A stretch of DNA of 64,000 nt, taken from NCBI RefSeq assembly GCF_963921235.1, contig NC_086097.1, forward strand, positions 207,144,001 to 207,208,000, given 5' to 3'. The position numbers and the translations under genes are program-made. The notes under the pieces were generated by a model. It saw nothing but the letters and a program-made list of their open reading frames with translations. It did not search any database and was not told the DNA's origin. Origin of the DNA: Mobula hypostoma. Its lineage: Eukaryota. This document shows positions 24,371 through 38,397 of the stretch, in pieces. Each line of letters starts with the position of its first letter. Within the stretch, counting starts at the first letter, position 1.

Positions 24371-25285
24371 ATCATCATCATCATCATCAGGTGCCATGCC
24401 CAGTTTGAGCTTTGACTGCTATGGCCCACACTCTCCTGTTTCAGGTCAAGTGGATCAATTCATTGGTATTCATTTCCAGTTCTCTGGCTGCTATCTCCAT
24501 CATCATTTGTCTTTGCCTTCCTCTTGCTTTCTTCCCTTCAATCTTTCCCAAAATTACCATGCATTCTACCTCCTCTTTCCTAATCACATGTCCAATGAAG
24601 TTATGTTGCCTTTTCATGATCTCATACATTATTTCTCTTTTTGTGTTTGCTCTGTTCATGACGTCCCCGTTAGATATTCGTTTCGTCCATGATATTCTTT
24701 GCATCCTCCTCAAGAACCACATCTATGCGGCTACAATTCATTTCCTAATGTTACTAGATATTGTCCAACATTGTGAGCCATATAACATAACTGGATAAAT
24801 GTAACATTTCAGTACTCTGAGGTGGGTTGTCATGCCTAGTTTAGTATTGCTCAGTATACTCTTCGTCCTTGTAAAGGTGTCTTTTGCCATCCCTATTCTT
24901 CTTTTGATGTCCAAGTTGCACCCGCCATCTGATGTCACCCAGCTTCCTAAGTAGCAAAAGTTCTGTACTTGTTTTATGTCTTCCCCATTCCTCACCCTGC
25001 ATATAGGATTCTCCTTATTTTTGGATATCACCACACATTCTGTCTTTTTGCAATTGATAGATAGACCCATTTTTGCACTTCCTTCAACAATTATATCAAT
25101 TAAATTTTGTAGTTCTTCCTCCGTACTTGCAATTAACAGTGTCATCTGCATATCTGAAATTATTGATGTTTTCACCGCCAACTTTGATTCCCAAGGTGTC
25201 TCTTATTTTTTGTAATATTGTTTCACTGTACACATTAAATAAATTAGGGGGGAAAATACACCCTCGTCTAACGCTCTCTTGACTA
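24371..25285 (-). mobile_element. RTE-clade LINE 3' fragment
   Basis: LSINCKKTECVVI, FCYLGSWVTSDG, MWFLRRMQRISWT, GKIEGKKARGRQR; (TGA)n tail at 24371-24389. Confidence 0.88.
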
Positions 25286-25369
25286 TGTTGTAGCAGTCTG
25301 AAAACCGTTCACACTAAGATGTTAACTAATTCTTACAGACTATCACCCTGTACTGAATCATCTGCAGCA

Positions 25370-25597
25370 ACCCCCGATTTAACCCTAGTCTAATCATAAG
25401 AAAATTTACAATGAGATTTACAAAATTTACAAAAAGCCAGTATGTCTTTGGACTGTGGGAGGAAACCAGAGCACCTGGAGAAAACCCATGAGGTCATGAG
25501 GAGAACATACAAACTCCTTACAGACAGCAGCGGGAACTGAAACTGAGTCACTGGGACTGTAAGTGCTGTGCTAACCACTACACTACCATGCCACCCA
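25370..25597 (-). mobile_element. tRNA-derived V-SINE (HE1-like)
   Basis: A box TGGCATGGTAGTGTAGTGG, then V-domain GGAGTTTGTATGTTCTCC...CTCTGGTTTCCTCCCACAGTCCAAAGAC. Confidence 0.75.
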
Positions 25598-26282
25598 TTA
25601 ACGTTAATGCTATAAAAATTAATATTTTCATTGTTGCTAAATTCACTCTTTTATTAAGGAAAATATCTCGTAAAACAGGTGAAATGTCAGAGATTTAAGT
25701 GAGAGAAGTGGTAATTCCTTTGTTTTGAGGCATCAGCAAAGTTAGACTCAATAAATTTGATATACAGCACTGCCTTTATTGCAAAAGAGGAGCACGAAGG
25801 AGATGATCTATTTGGCAAAACACGCTGGATTGGTTTAACTGAGTCCTGTGTTACTTCAATAGGACTGAGAGAGCAACTATCTGATAATAGTTTCACTTGT
25901 ATTCTGATCAAAACTGTAAGAGAATTGTTAATTAGCTCGACTCCCTTGATCTTTTCCCCCATGAGTGAACAATTCTTTTTCTCTTGCATTTTGCACGATT
26001 ATGCTGGTTTCTCATGGCAGATTGAATTCTAACATTAGAAATTTCATTTCTTAAGATTGGAAATAAAATGGCTCTGTTCAAAACATTTTGGCTTCCTTTA
26101 ACATTTTTTCCTGTCTACTGGAAAATATTTCATAAGTACTAATTCAATGACACAAAAAGCTACTTGTTGCATAATATTATGCTACAAAGGTTTCAGTATT
26201 CTGCTTCTTACCTACACAATGGTATGCACAATCTCCTCTCACTCAAAATTATATATGCAGGTTTTATTTAAAATAAATACTG

Positions 26283-26566
26283 TGGTGATGCCATGGTAAC
26301 ATAGCAATTATCGTATGCTGTTACAGTTTGGGGAGTTGTAGTTCGGAGTTCAATTCTGACGTCATCTGTAAAACGTTTGAGCGTCCTCACTGTGAACGTG
26401 TGGATTTCCTCCAGATGTTCTGGTTTCCTCCTATAGTCCAAAGATGTACCAATTAGTAGGTTAATTGGTCATTGTGAATTGTTCTGTGATTGGGCCAGGG
26501 TTAAATCGGTGGGTTACTGGGCAGTGTCCAAGGGCGTAATCTAGTTGTATCTCTAAATAAATAAAT
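26283..26566 (+). mobile_element. tRNA-derived V-SINE (HE1-like)
   Basis: B-box-like GGAGTTCAATTC, V-domain GTTCTGGTTTCCTCCTATAGTCCAAAGA, (TAAA)n tail. Confidence 0.7.
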
Positions 26567-27034
26567 ATGTTCACAAGCTTTTGGTGATTCAATGGGTGCT
26601 CATTTGGATTAGGATCCAATTAGGATCATAGAGCCCAAATAACCTGCAGCCATACTGTCTGAATCAGATTACATATGGAATTCATGCTACCCCATGTGAT
26701 TGTATACAGCACACTATGACAGTCCCTACCCAGAAATTCAGAGAGATTTCACAATACACTTGTTCTCTACCTGTTAAGTGGTCTTTATGTTGAAGCCAAC
26801 ATACTAAACAAGTTTGCTCATCCCACTAAGAGGCAATTAATATTAAAAAGACATTGGGTTATCCTGCTTCTAAAAGAGAGAGAGATGATTATGAGTAATA
26901 CACAAAATGATGTGAAAGTCATTGTGACACCATTAGCAGAGTGGCCATGAGATTAGAAGTAGTCATAAACATGGGAAGGTGTATAGGTGTATAAAGACAT
27001 CTTTACTCATCTCCATTTCTTTGATCAAGATCTC

Positions 27035-27334
27035 TAAGCAAGATAAGAGCCCATGGTATTACAGGAAAGATACTAGCATGGATAAAACATTGGCTGATTG
27101 GCAGGAGGCAAAGAGTGGGAATAAAGGGAGCCTTTTCTGATCAGCTGTGGGTGATGTGTGGTATTCTGCAGGGGCTGGAGCTGGAACCGCTGTTTTTTAT
27201 TTTTTATGTCAATGATTTGTATGACAGAATTGAGGGCATTGTGACCAAGTTTCCAGATGATATGAAGAAAGGTGGAGGGACAGGTGGTTCTAAGGAAGCA
27301 CAGAGGCTGCAGAAGGACTTACAACAGATTAGAA
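27035..27334 (+). mobile_element. Old CR1 fragment, left half of the copy split by the hAT element
   Basis: CR1 RT sequence ends at GATTAGAA (27327-27334) and resumes at GATTAGAAGAATGGGCA (38398). Confidence 0.8.
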
Positions 27335-27582
27335 CATGGTTCCTCATCCAGTGTTCCAGGAAACCATAGGGTTCTGCGAGACGTCGCTTGGGGTTCCGTG
27401 ATTTTAAAAAATAAACATCATTTTTTTGAACTTTGTGTGACGCGCAATACTAACGCTCGCAGTGGTGGGCAGTGACTCAGCAGAACCATTAGCAATTTCA
27501 TTAGAAGTCTCTCAGCCCATTATGGCAGTGCACAGTAGAACCATGTTTACTTGGTTAAGTCCATTCTCAGCTTTTGATATGA

Positions 27583-30542
27583 TGGCAAGAAGGACAGGCA
27601 GGTGAATATACAGGATAATTTGCTGCAAAATAGAAATATAGCAAAATCAGCAACAGATACTGATCTAAATGTACTGTACATAAATGCACGCAGCATTAGA
27701 AATAAAGTGGATGACCTTGCTGCACAGCTGCAGGTTAAAAGATATGACATTGTGGCCATCACCGAGTCATGGCTAAATGATGAATGTGATTGGGAGTTGA
27801 ATATCCAAGGATACACAGTGTACAGGAAAGATAGGAAGGTAGGTAAAGGGGGTGGTATGGCCCTGATGGTAAGTAACGATATCAAATCAATTGAAAGAAG
27901 GGACATAGGATCAGAAGAGGTAGAATCCTTATGGGCAGAATTAAGAAATGGCAAGGGTAAAAAGACACTAATAGCAGTTATGTACAGGCCTCCAAACAGC
28001 AGCCGGGATGTGGACTACAAGTTGCAGCTGGAAATAGAAAAAGCGTGTCAGAAGGAAAATGTCAAGATAATTATGGGGGATTTTAATATGAAAGTGGATT
28101 GGGAAAGTCAGGAAGGTAATGGATCTCAGGAGAGGGAGTTTGTAGAATGCCTACAGGATGGCTTTTTGGAGCAGCTTGTCCAGAAGCCCACCAGGGGACC
28201 GGCTGTTTTGGATTGGGTGCTGTGTAACGAACCTCAGGCGATTAGGGAGCTGGAGGTAAAGGAACCCCTTGGAAGTAGTGATCATAATATGATTGAGTTC
28301 AGTTTCAAATTTGAAAAGGAGAAGCTGGTATCAGGTGTATCAATATTTCAGTGGAACAGAGGAAATTACAGTGGTATGAGAGAGGAACTGGCCCAAGTCG
28401 ATTGGAAAAGTAAGCTAAATGGAGGGACAGCAGAGCAGAATTGGATGAAATTCCTACAAGAAATAAGGAAAATGCAGGAAAAATATATTCCAAGAGAAAA
28501 GAAAATCATGAATGGAAAAATGGCACAAATGTGGCTAACGAGAGAGGTTAAGGCAAAAATAAAAGCAAAAGAAACGGCGTACAAGGAAGCAAAAATTAGT
28601 GGGGAAAATGAGGACTGGAAGACTTTTAAAAATTTACAGAAGGAAACTAAGAAAGTCATTAGGAAAGAAAAGATGAATTATGAAAGGAAGTTGGCGATTA
28701 ACATAAAAGAGGATACTAAAAGTTTTTTTAAATATATGAAGAGTAAAAGAGTGACAAGGGTAGATACGGGACTGATTGAAAATGATGCTGGAGAAATTAT
28801 AATGGATAACAAAGAGATGGTGGAGGAACTGAATGAGTATTTTGCATCAGTCTTCACAGTGGAAGACATGAGCAATATACCTGATAGCCAGAAGTATCAG
28901 GGAATAGAATTAGGTACAGTCAAGATTACTAGAGAAAAAGTGCTTGGGAAGCTAAACGGACTAAGAATAGATAAGTCTCCCGGTCCGGATGAGGTACACC
29001 CAAGGGTTCTGAAGGAGGTGGCTTTGGAGATTGTGGAAGCATTGGAAATGATCTTCCAGGAATCAATAGACTCTGGCATGGTTCCGGAGGACTGAAAGGT
29101 CGCAAATGTAGTTCCGCTATTTAAGAAAGGAAGGAGGCAGCAAAAAGAAGATGACAGACCTATTAGTCTGACTTCGGTAGTTCGAAAGATATTGGAGTCG
29201 ATCCTCAAGGACGAGGTTATGAAATACCTCGAGGTGCATGACAAGATAGGCCGAAGCCAGCATGGTTTCATGAAGGGAAGATCCTGCCTCACCAACCTAT
29301 TGGAATTTTTTGAGGTAATCTCGAATAAGATTGACAAGGGAGAGGCTGTGGATGTTGTGTATTTGGATTTTCAAAAGGCCTTCGATAAGGTGCCGCATAT
29401 GAGGCTGCTTAATAAGATGAGAGCCCATGGAATTATAGGAAAGATATTGAAATGGGTGGAGCATTGGCTGATAGGCAGAAAGCAAAGGGTGGGAATAAAG
29501 GGATCCTATTCTGATTGGTTGCCGGGTACTAGTGGTGTTCCGCAGGGGTCGGTGTTGGGGCCGTTTCTTTTTACGATGTATATCGATGATTTAGATTATG
29601 GATTAAATGGTTTTGTGGCTAAGTTTGCAGATGACACCAAGATAGATGGAGGAGCAGGAAATGTTGAAGAAACGGAAAGGTTGCAGAGAGACTTAGTCAG
29701 TTTAGGAGAGTGGGCAAAGAAATGGCAGATGAGATACAACATTGACAAATGTACGGTTGTACATTTCGGAAGAAGAAATAATCGGGCAGATTATTATTTA
29801 GATGGGGAGAAAATTCAAAAATCGGAAGTGCAAAGGGTCTTGGGGGTCCTCGTGCAGGATCCCCTAAAGGTTAACCACCAAGTTGGATCGGCGGTAAGGA
29901 AAGCGAATGCGATGTTGGCATTCATTTCAAGAGGAATAGTGTATAAGAGTAAGGAGGTGTTGATGAGGCTGTATGGGGCATTAGTGAGACATCATTTGGA
30001 ATACTGTGTGCAGTTTTGGGCCCCCTATCTTAGAAAGGATGTACTGATGTTGGAGAGAGTTCAGAGAAGATTTACGAGGATGATTCCTGGAATGCAGGGG
30101 CTAACATATGAGAAGCGTCTGTCGGCTCTTGGAGTGTATTCATTAGAGTATAGAAGAATGAGAGGAGATCTCATAGAAACATTTCGAATGTTGAAAGGGT
30201 TGGACAGAGTAGATGTGGAAAGGTTGCTTCCCTTGGTGGGTGAGTCCAGGACAAGAGGCCATAGTCTTAGAATTAGAGGGTACCCAGTTAAAACAGAGAT
30301 GAGGAGAAATTTTTTAGCCAGAGGGTTGCGGATTTGTGGAATTCGTTGCCACATACAGCTGTGGAGGCCCAATCATTGAGGGTGTTTAAGGAGGAGATGG
30401 ACAGGTATCTAGTCAGATATGGGGAAAAAGCCGGAATTGGAACTAGATGGGTGAATAGTTTAGCTCATGGGGGAGCTGCGGTGCAGACTCAATGGGCCAA
30501 ATGGCCTACTTCTGCTCCTTTGTCTTGTGATCTTGTGATATC
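27583..30542 (+). mobile_element. CR1 LINE (ORF2 EN-RT; stop at 29093-29095, frameshift near 30310) nested in the hAT
   Basis: ORFs 27602-29095 and 29192-30379; (TCTTGTGA)n tail; flanking ATATGA repeat (27577-27582 / 30543-30548). Confidence 0.92.
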
Positions 30543-30647
30543 ATATGAGGCTGTTGATAACTGGTGAGTGCTGTATTGCACAGAGCGGAGGATAGTTGTC
30601 TGATAAGGACTGTGAAGTGCATTTTCCAAGCATTGAATGAACTTATC

Positions 30648-31726
30648 ATAGAAACCATAGAAAAACTACAGCACAGAAACAGGCCTTTTGGCCCTTCTTG
30701 GCTGTGGCAAACCATTTTCTGCCTAGTCCCACTGACCTGCATACGGACCATATCCCTCCATACACCTCCCATCCATGTATCTGTCCAATTTATTCTTAAA
30801 TGTTAAAAAAGAACCCACATTTACCACCTCGTCTGGCAGCTCATTCCATACTCCCACCACTCTCTGTGTGAAGAAGCCCCCAACTAATGTTCCCTTTAAA
30901 CTTTTCCCCCTTCACCCTTAACCCATGTCCTCTGGTTTTTTTCTCCCCTTGCCTCAGTGGAAAAAGCCTGCTTGCATTCACTCTATCTATACCCATCATA
31001 ATTTTATATACCTCTATCAAATCTCCCCTCATTCTTCTATGCTCCAGGGAATAATGTCCTAACCTATTCAATCTTTCTCTGTAATTGAGTTTCTCAAGTC
31101 CCGGCAACATCCTTGTAAACCTTCTCTGCACTCTTTCAACCTTATTAATATTCTTCCTGTAATTTGGTGACCAAAACTGAACACAATACTCCAGATTCGG
31201 CCTCACCAATGCCTTATACAACCTCATCATAACATTCCAGCTCTTATACTCAGTACTTTGATTAATAAAGGCCAATATACCAAAAGCTCTCTTTACGACC
31301 CTATCTACCTGTGACGCCACTTTTAGGGAATTTTGTATCTGTATTCCCAGATCCCTCTGTTGCACTGCACTCCTCAGTGCCTTACCATTTACCCTGTATG
31401 TTCTACATTGGTTTGTCCTTCCAACATGCAATACCTCACACTTGTCTGTATTAAACTCCATCTGCCATATGTCAGCCCATTTTTCCAGCTGGTCCAAATC
31501 CCTCTGCAAGCTTTGAAAACCTTCCTCACTGTCCACTACACCTCCAATCTTTGTATCATCAGCAAATTTGCTGATCCAGTTTACCACATTATCATCCAGA
31601 TCATTGATATAGATGACAAATAACAATGGACCCAGCACTGATCCCTGTGGCACACCACTAGTCACAGGTCTCCACTCGGAGAAGCAATTCTCTGCTACCA
31701 CTCTTTGGCTTCTTCCATTGAGCCAA
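30648..31726 (-). mobile_element. CR1 LINE 3' fragment nested in the hAT
   Basis: ORF 30841-31701 with GVPQGSVLGP and FADD; (TTTCTATG)-type tail; TATC on both flanks. Confidence 0.9.
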
Positions 31727-32240
31727 TATCTTGACCATTTTTATATTTTATTAACCCCTGCATTTTATAGACACATGGTTCAATATGGTGATTTTTGAAT
31801 TACAATCTTCTGAGATTGCACGAGTGCAACAACAGAGACAAAAAAGTCTGTCTTTCCAATGAAAGCAACTTATCAATTTTTACATCGACAGGTGATCCTA
31901 GTTATCCTATTCCACTGTGCCTAGTCTGTGGCAAACAACTTACAAATGTAACAAAGGCTCCAGTAAAATTGAAAAGACACTTTACTACAAATCACAGCCA
32001 TATGACACATAAAAGTGCTGAATATTTTAAACAACTATTGGAATCTCAAAACAGAGTAAAGCTTTTGTTAATGAAGTCACTGTCAGTAAAAAGATTCAGG
32101 AAGCAGGTTATATAGTAGTGGGACTGACTACACAGAAAAGGAAAAGTCACACAGTTGGTGAGAACCTAATAATGCCAGCATGTAAAATTATAGTGGGTAA
32201 AATGCTGGGACAAGATGCAGTACGAGGAATTGAAAAGGTT

Positions 32241-33150
32241 TCATGCTTAATGATGATGATGGCTGGTTCTTTGCTTGCAAAGATCAGGAGGGAAGAAGAG
32301 TCCTTAGGAGTGACGGCACAGTTATTGGTGACTGTAGAGCCCAATTCTGGATCTGCAGACTCTGGAGGTGTAAGGACACGGGAACAGCTGGAATGCCAGC
32401 ACTTGGGTAGTAGGATCTTTCCTGTGTCTGTTCTTCTCTTCAGCAGTTGCTCTTCTGGATTCCACGAAGTTTTTTGCTGCTCCGTGGATCAGTGTTCTCC
32501 AGCGCTCTGTCACAAGCCAGCTGTTGTCACTCGTTGAGCTGGATATTTGCCTGAGTGAGCTGCTGCTGAAACTGGTCTTTGTACCTGTTGCGCAGGGCAC
32601 CACAGTCTCTCTCGCCCTGAGGGAGTTCTCTGCAGAGCGCTGCTTTCGGTAACCTGGAGTTGCCCATGCGGAGCTACCTGGGCAGCAAAGTGGCTTCAAT
32701 GCCTTCTCCACGACCTCATTGTTGGAGCCATGACTCTGCCAGCCCTGTACACCTGGATTTTTGTGGACAGACGCAACTGGTGATTCTGCCACACATGTTT
32801 CTGGAGACACCTGAAGGCATTGCTAGCTCTGGAGAGACAATTGTCAATAATCTCATACTACTGTAGTGTCATTCGAGATGATGCTGCCCAGGTAGGCGAA
32901 CAGCTCAGCAATGGTGAGCGGGTGGTCGTCAATGGTGATCTGAGGTGGGTTGTAATCGTACAAGGGGGCTTCTAATGGAAGATCATTGTTTTCTTCAGAC
33001 TGTGCATTAACCTGAAAGCCCTTGCAGCCTTGGCAAACTGTGACTGCAGCCTGTAGCACATCCTCTGGGAGTGTGAGAAGAGCACAGTCATCTGCAAATA
33101 GTAGCTCGAGAATGGGCTGTTGCGTGGTTTTTGTTCAGTCAAGAAGGTGA
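32241..33150 (-). mobile_element. RTE-clade LINE fragment nested in the hAT transposase
   Basis: Minus-strand LFADDC, FAYLGSIISND, CPYTSRVCRSRIGLYSHQ; (CAT)n tail; splits the transposase at IEKV|PLSN. Confidence 0.82.
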
Positions 33151-33822
33151 CCACTCTCAAACAGTGAGATAAGTCGGCGTACTGATGACATGTCACGTGA
33201 TGCTGAAGATGTTCTGTATGATAAACTGAAAAACAACAGCTTCTCTATCCAGGTTGATGAGTCAACAGATTTCACCAATAAATGTCATGTTGTAGCATCT
33301 GTAAGATTTGTAAATGATGCTGAAATTCAAGAAAGCTTTTTCCTGTTGCAAAGAGCTGCCAGAAACAAGCAAAGGCCAAGATATATTTAAAGTTTTGCCT
33401 TCATATCTGGAAACAAAAGATCTGCCTTGGAAGAACTGTGTTGGCATCTGTACTGATGGTGCCCCACCAGAGGCCAGCTCCATGAGAGGTTCCCTTTCTC
33501 TCATAAAAAAAGAAAATCCTGATGTTTTCACAACACTCTGCCTTCTTCACAGAGAGGGAATGATGTCAAAAGCTCTTGGAGATAAAATGAAAAAAGTTCT
33601 CGATGATGCTACAAAAATGTCAAACTTTCTTAAATGTGCACATTCTTAAAGTGTGTGCTGAACAGCTGGCTGGTGAGTTTACGGACATTTTTAACCACCC
33701 TCTCCCAGTGTGAACTGCCCCCCGTTTCAAATTGTCCATCATGGTCCCCGTACCTAAGAAAACCAAGGTAGTATACCTGAACAATCGCTGCCCTGTCACA
33801 CTCACCTCAATTATAAGCAAAT

Positions 33823-34984
33823 AGAAACACAGAAAACCTACAGCACAATACAGGCCCTTCGGCCCACAAAGCTGTGCCAAACATGTCCCTACCTTAGAAC
33901 TACTTAGGCTTTACCCATAGCCCTCTATTTCTCCAAGCTCCATGCAGCCATCCAGGAATCTCGGAAAAGATCCCATTGTTTCCGCCTCCACCACCACCGC
34001 TGGCAGCCCATTCCACGCACTCACCACTCTGAGTTAAAAACTTACCCCTGAGATCTCCTCTGTACCTACTTCCAAGCACCTTAGAACTATGCCCTCTCAT
34101 GCTTGCCATTTCAGCCCTGGGGAAAAGCCTCTGCCTATCCACACAATCAATGCCTCTCATTATCTTGCACACCTCTATGAGGTCACCTGTCATTCTTCGT
34201 CGCTCCAAGGAAAATAGGCTGAGTTCACTCAACCTATTCTCATAAGGCATGCTCCCTAATCCAGGAAACATACTTGTAAATCTCCTCTGCACCATTTCTA
34301 TGGTGTCCACATTTTTCCTGTAGTGAGGCGACCAGAATTGAGCACAGTACTCCAAGTGGGGTCTGACCAGAGTCCTATATAGATGAAACAATATTACCTC
34401 TCAGCTCTTAAACTCAATCCCATGATTGATGAAGGCCAACACACCGTATGCCTTCTTAACCACAAAGTCAACCTACGTAGCAGCTTTGAGTGTCCTATGG
34501 ACTCAGACCCCAAAATCCCTCTGATCCTCCACAATGCCAAGACTCTTACCGTTAATGCTATATTCTGCCATCGTATTTGGGCTACCAAAATGAACCACCT
34601 CACACTTATCTGGGTTGAACTCCATCAGCCACCTCTCAGTTAAGTTTTGCATCCTATCAATGTCCCGTTGTAACCTTTGACAGCCCTCCACCCTATCCAC
34701 AACACCCCCAACCCTTGAGTCATCAGCAGATTTACTAACCCTTCCCTCCACTTCCTCATCCAGGTCATTTATAAAAATCACAAAGAGTAGGTGTCCCAGA
34801 ACAGATCCCTGAGGCACACCACTGGTCACCGGCCTCCATGCAGAATATGACCCATCTACAACCACTCTTTGCCTTCTGTGGGCAAGCCATTTCTGGATCC
34901 ACAAAGCAATGTCCCCTTAGATCCCATACCTCCTTGCTTTCTCAATAAGCTTTGCATGGGGTACCTTATCAAATGCCTTGCTAA
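33823..34984 (-). mobile_element. CR1 LINE 3' fragment nested in the Rex1
   Basis: Minus ORFs with SGVPQGSVLG and RPHLEYCAQFWSPHY; the Rex1 reading SK|CFER is continuous across the insertion. Confidence 0.88.
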
Positions 34985-35545
34985 AATGTTTTGAGAGGCT
35001 TGTTAAAGACTACATCTGCAGCGTACTACCACCCACACTGGGCCCCCTACAATTCACCTACTGACAGAACTGGTCTACTAATGACGCCACAGCCACTGCA
35101 GTACATACTGTCCTCACTCACCTGGAGAAGAAGGAATGCTTGCATTAGAATGCTGTTTTTGGACTACAGTTCAGCATTCAACACCATAATTGACAGGAAG
35201 TTCAGCGACCTCAGCCTACACCCCACCTGCCGCTGGATCCTAGACTTCCTATCAGATTGCTGAAAGGTGGTAAGGGTGGGCTCCCTCACCTCTGCCCCTC
35301 TGACACTTAACGTAGGTGCCCCCCAGGACTGTGCTCCGAGTCCCTTCTCTACTCCTTTTACACCCACGACTCTACTGCCACACCCAACTGCAATCTGCTG
35401 ATCAAACTCACAGATGACACGACTTTGATGAGCCTTATTTCCAGTGGTAATGAGGCAGCCTACATAGGAGAGGTTGACACCTTGACACAGTGGTGCCAGG
35501 ATAACAACCTCTCCCTCAATGTCCAAAAAAAAAGAGCTAATTGTG

Positions 35546-35717
35546 TGTAAGGGGTTGACAAGTTATTTAGAAGTCATGAGGACATGACTTTATTTGGTGG
35601 GGGGGTGCAAGGGGTTTCTTCTTTTATGTCACTGCGAAGGCTAACAAAATGGTTTCTTTGTTATGTTATAATTAAAGTGGCTTTTCTGTAATAATAACTG
35701 CAATGTAAGGGGTTCTT

Positions 35718-35750
<33 letters not shown>

Positions 35751-36353
35751 GTTTGTTTGGGTTATATTACTGATAAGAGAAAGAATGAACCAATTGGGAT
35801 AGATGTTATTCTTTCTTGTGTGTCCGTAAGCTATTGTGTTTTAGGGGCTTTGGCGGAGTAGGCGCGATGGGGACAGAGAGAGGAGACGCGATGCTGTGAC
35901 CCTGGGCAGCGGGACGAACCCTGAGTGGGCGTCCGAGGCTCAGGGTCTTCGGCAAGGAGAGGAGGCAAAGACAGACTCGTGTGGAGCACCTGGCCGACCA
36001 CCGTGGTTGGTCCCAGGCAGCGGGTCGAGGGGGTCAGAGGGGATCGAATGGTGGAAAGAAAACTCCATTAATTGAGCTCCAACTGTTGTGCACGAAGTGG
36101 TTGAACTCTGATAAGTTTGGCGCCTTTTATTTTCCTTTTATATTTTATCTCTATTAATTTCATAGTCCCAGCAAGATCTATAAAGTGTAATCATTTAATC
36201 GCATATGGTGTATTGTCAGTTATTTGGCAGGGTGGGGTACATTATACAGCATCCACACAAGTTTGATTACCCAGGTTGGCAGGGCTGAAGGCTGCTCCCC
36301 CTAGGCTAGATGAAAGCAAGCTGAGTGAGCCTGAGGCTTACCAGGGGTCTACA
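35546..36353. mobile_element. Solo LTR (808 bp) nested in the Rex1
   Basis: TGTA...TACA termini and 4-bp TSD TGTG (35542-35545 / 36354-36357); the Rex1 sequence rejoins across it. Confidence 0.8.
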
Positions 36354-38397
36354 TGTGGCTTACAGGAGGAATGGAGACAGGCTCCCCCCGATCAACATCA
36401 ATGGGTCTGCAGTTGAGAAGGTGAGTGGTTTCAAGTTCCTCGGTATACACATCACCAATGATCTCACCTGGACTGTACATACCAGCTGTGTGGCAAAAAA
36501 AAAAGGACAACAGAGTCTCTTCCATCTCAGGCAACTGAAGTAGTACAGCATGGACCCCACAAATACTCAAAACCATCTACAAGGGCACCATTGAGTGCAT
36601 AATGACTGGCTGTATCACTGCCTGGCACAGAACTGCACCAACCTTGAATGCTGGGCACTGCAGAGAGTGGTATGGACAGCCCAGCATATCTGTGGATGTG
36701 AACTTCCCTCCATTGAGACATCTATAGCAGCAGGTGCAGAAAGAAGGCCTGAAAGATCATGGGGACACCAGTCATCCCAATCATAAAGTGTTTCAGCTGC
36801 TTCAGTCTGGCAAATGCTACCACAGCATTAAAGCCAAGACCACGAGGCTACAGAACAGCTTATTTCTACAAGCCTTTAGACTTTTAAATTCATATGTCTG
36901 TATATTTCAACTAAGTCATAATGCAAAGATTTTTACTTCCTCATGTTGTGGAATGGATGTAAGATTTAAATAAATTCTAAATTCTAAACAAAGACCCATT
37001 TACTCGGGAATGTTTAAAAAGCTGTGTGAAAATGTGTACAAAGAATTACACATGTGTACAGAAATTTGGGGGCTTAGCAGTGGAAGACTTCTCAACAGGG
37101 TGTTTAAGCTGAAAGGTGAATTGCAGGAGTGCTTTCAAGAAACTAGCAGGCCAGATTTTGCTGAGTGCTTTGAAGATGAAGAATGGCTGTAGAAACTAGC
37201 CCACTTAGCAGACATTTTTCATCATATGAACCAGCTGAACAAGTCTCTGCAAGGCCCGGGAGAAAATGTTTTGACTTCAAGTTACAAAACTCTTAGATTT
37301 AAAAGGAAACTGAATCTTTGGAAAAATCATGTTGCAAAAGGAAATCTTGAAATGCTTCCACTGCTGCTTGGGCTTGAGAGTGAGGAAGGATATCAGAACG
37401 TCTTGAATCTTATTGAAAATCACCTGGAAAAACTGCAGAACAAAATGGAACAGTATTTTCCTCTTATTCAACACAAGTGTATGACTGGGTGAGGGACCCT
37501 TTCTCTGAATCTTCTGCCCAGCCTGAACTTTGAGAGAAGAGGGAGAACTTTGTGAGATGCAGTCTGAACATGCACTCAAGATGGGATTTACTGAACTGAC
37601 CCCATACAATTCCAGATTTCTGTGAAAGAAGAGCATCCTGCCATTCATAGGAAAGCAATGAACATTTTGCTGCAGTTTTCAAAGTCTTACATGTGTGAGC
37701 AAGCTTTTTCTTGTTTAACAAGCATCAAAAGCAAGTATTGAAATGGTCTCATTTCAGCTGAAGATGAAATCTGAGTGTGTTTACCTAAAGTTCGACCCAG
37801 AATTGAGTATTTGTGGAGCAAAAAGCCAAGCACAGGTTTTACATGCTAGGCCTATATTTGAGCCTGATCATGTCACTCAGAAAGAAAATGTTTTTTCAAA
37901 ATCTTGTATAAAATTGTGTCTTAGGCTATATTTTCATTCATATTGCTTTGGTTTATGGATTTTAGTAACTTTACTATTTAACATTGTCAATAAATGTTCA
38001 GGTTATAAATAACATTAATTAAAATAAATTTACCACCTTTTTTTAATTAAATCTACCAAGCCTACCTTTAGAAAAATTAACTCCTATTTCAGCTTAAGCC
38101 TGTTATTTAACTGAAATTTATTATGTTTGCCATACAAATTTTTAAAATTTATGAAAGGGAAAGAAAGAGATTAATTTCAAGAAAGGTAAGTTAAACTTTT
38201 CCTGGTTCTTTTCAAGAAAGATTGGCTAAAAATTCAGTCCCTACTCAAAAGAATATTGACAATTATTTCTGGATTACTATGTCTACAACTTACTGATCAC
38301 ACTAATGTACCATGAGTGGTAAATATAATCATTTTTTAAGCAGAGGTTCCCTGAGACTCGAAAATTATCTCCAGGGCAAAACAATTGAGAAAGGTTG

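Larger units (their letters stand above)
33635..36985 (+). mobile_element. Rex1/Babar LINE nested in the hAT, itself interrupted by a CR1 and a solo LTR
   Basis: LKVCAEQLAGEFTDIFN, RMLFLDYSSAFNTI, VEKVSGFKFLGIHITNDLTW; (TAAATTC)n tail. Confidence 0.85.
27335..38397 (+). mobile_element. Buster/Charlie-type hAT DNA transposon (ZBED5/SCAND3-like transposase relic) with nested insertions
   Basis: 8-bp TSD GATTAGAA with central TA; imperfect TIRs CATGGTTCCTCA / TGAGAAAGGTTG; GGTTCC subterminal repeats. Transposase pieces CLVCGKQL..KLKRHF (~31900), FSIQVDESTD (~33240), CTDGAP (~33450), LLNRVFKLK (~37090), YMCEQAFS (~37690). Confidence 0.9.

Noticed and set aside
31795..37800. Domesticated ZBED/Buster host gene
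   Set aside because: Multiple stops, frameshifts and nested insertions, with TIRs and TSD still present: a dead transposon.
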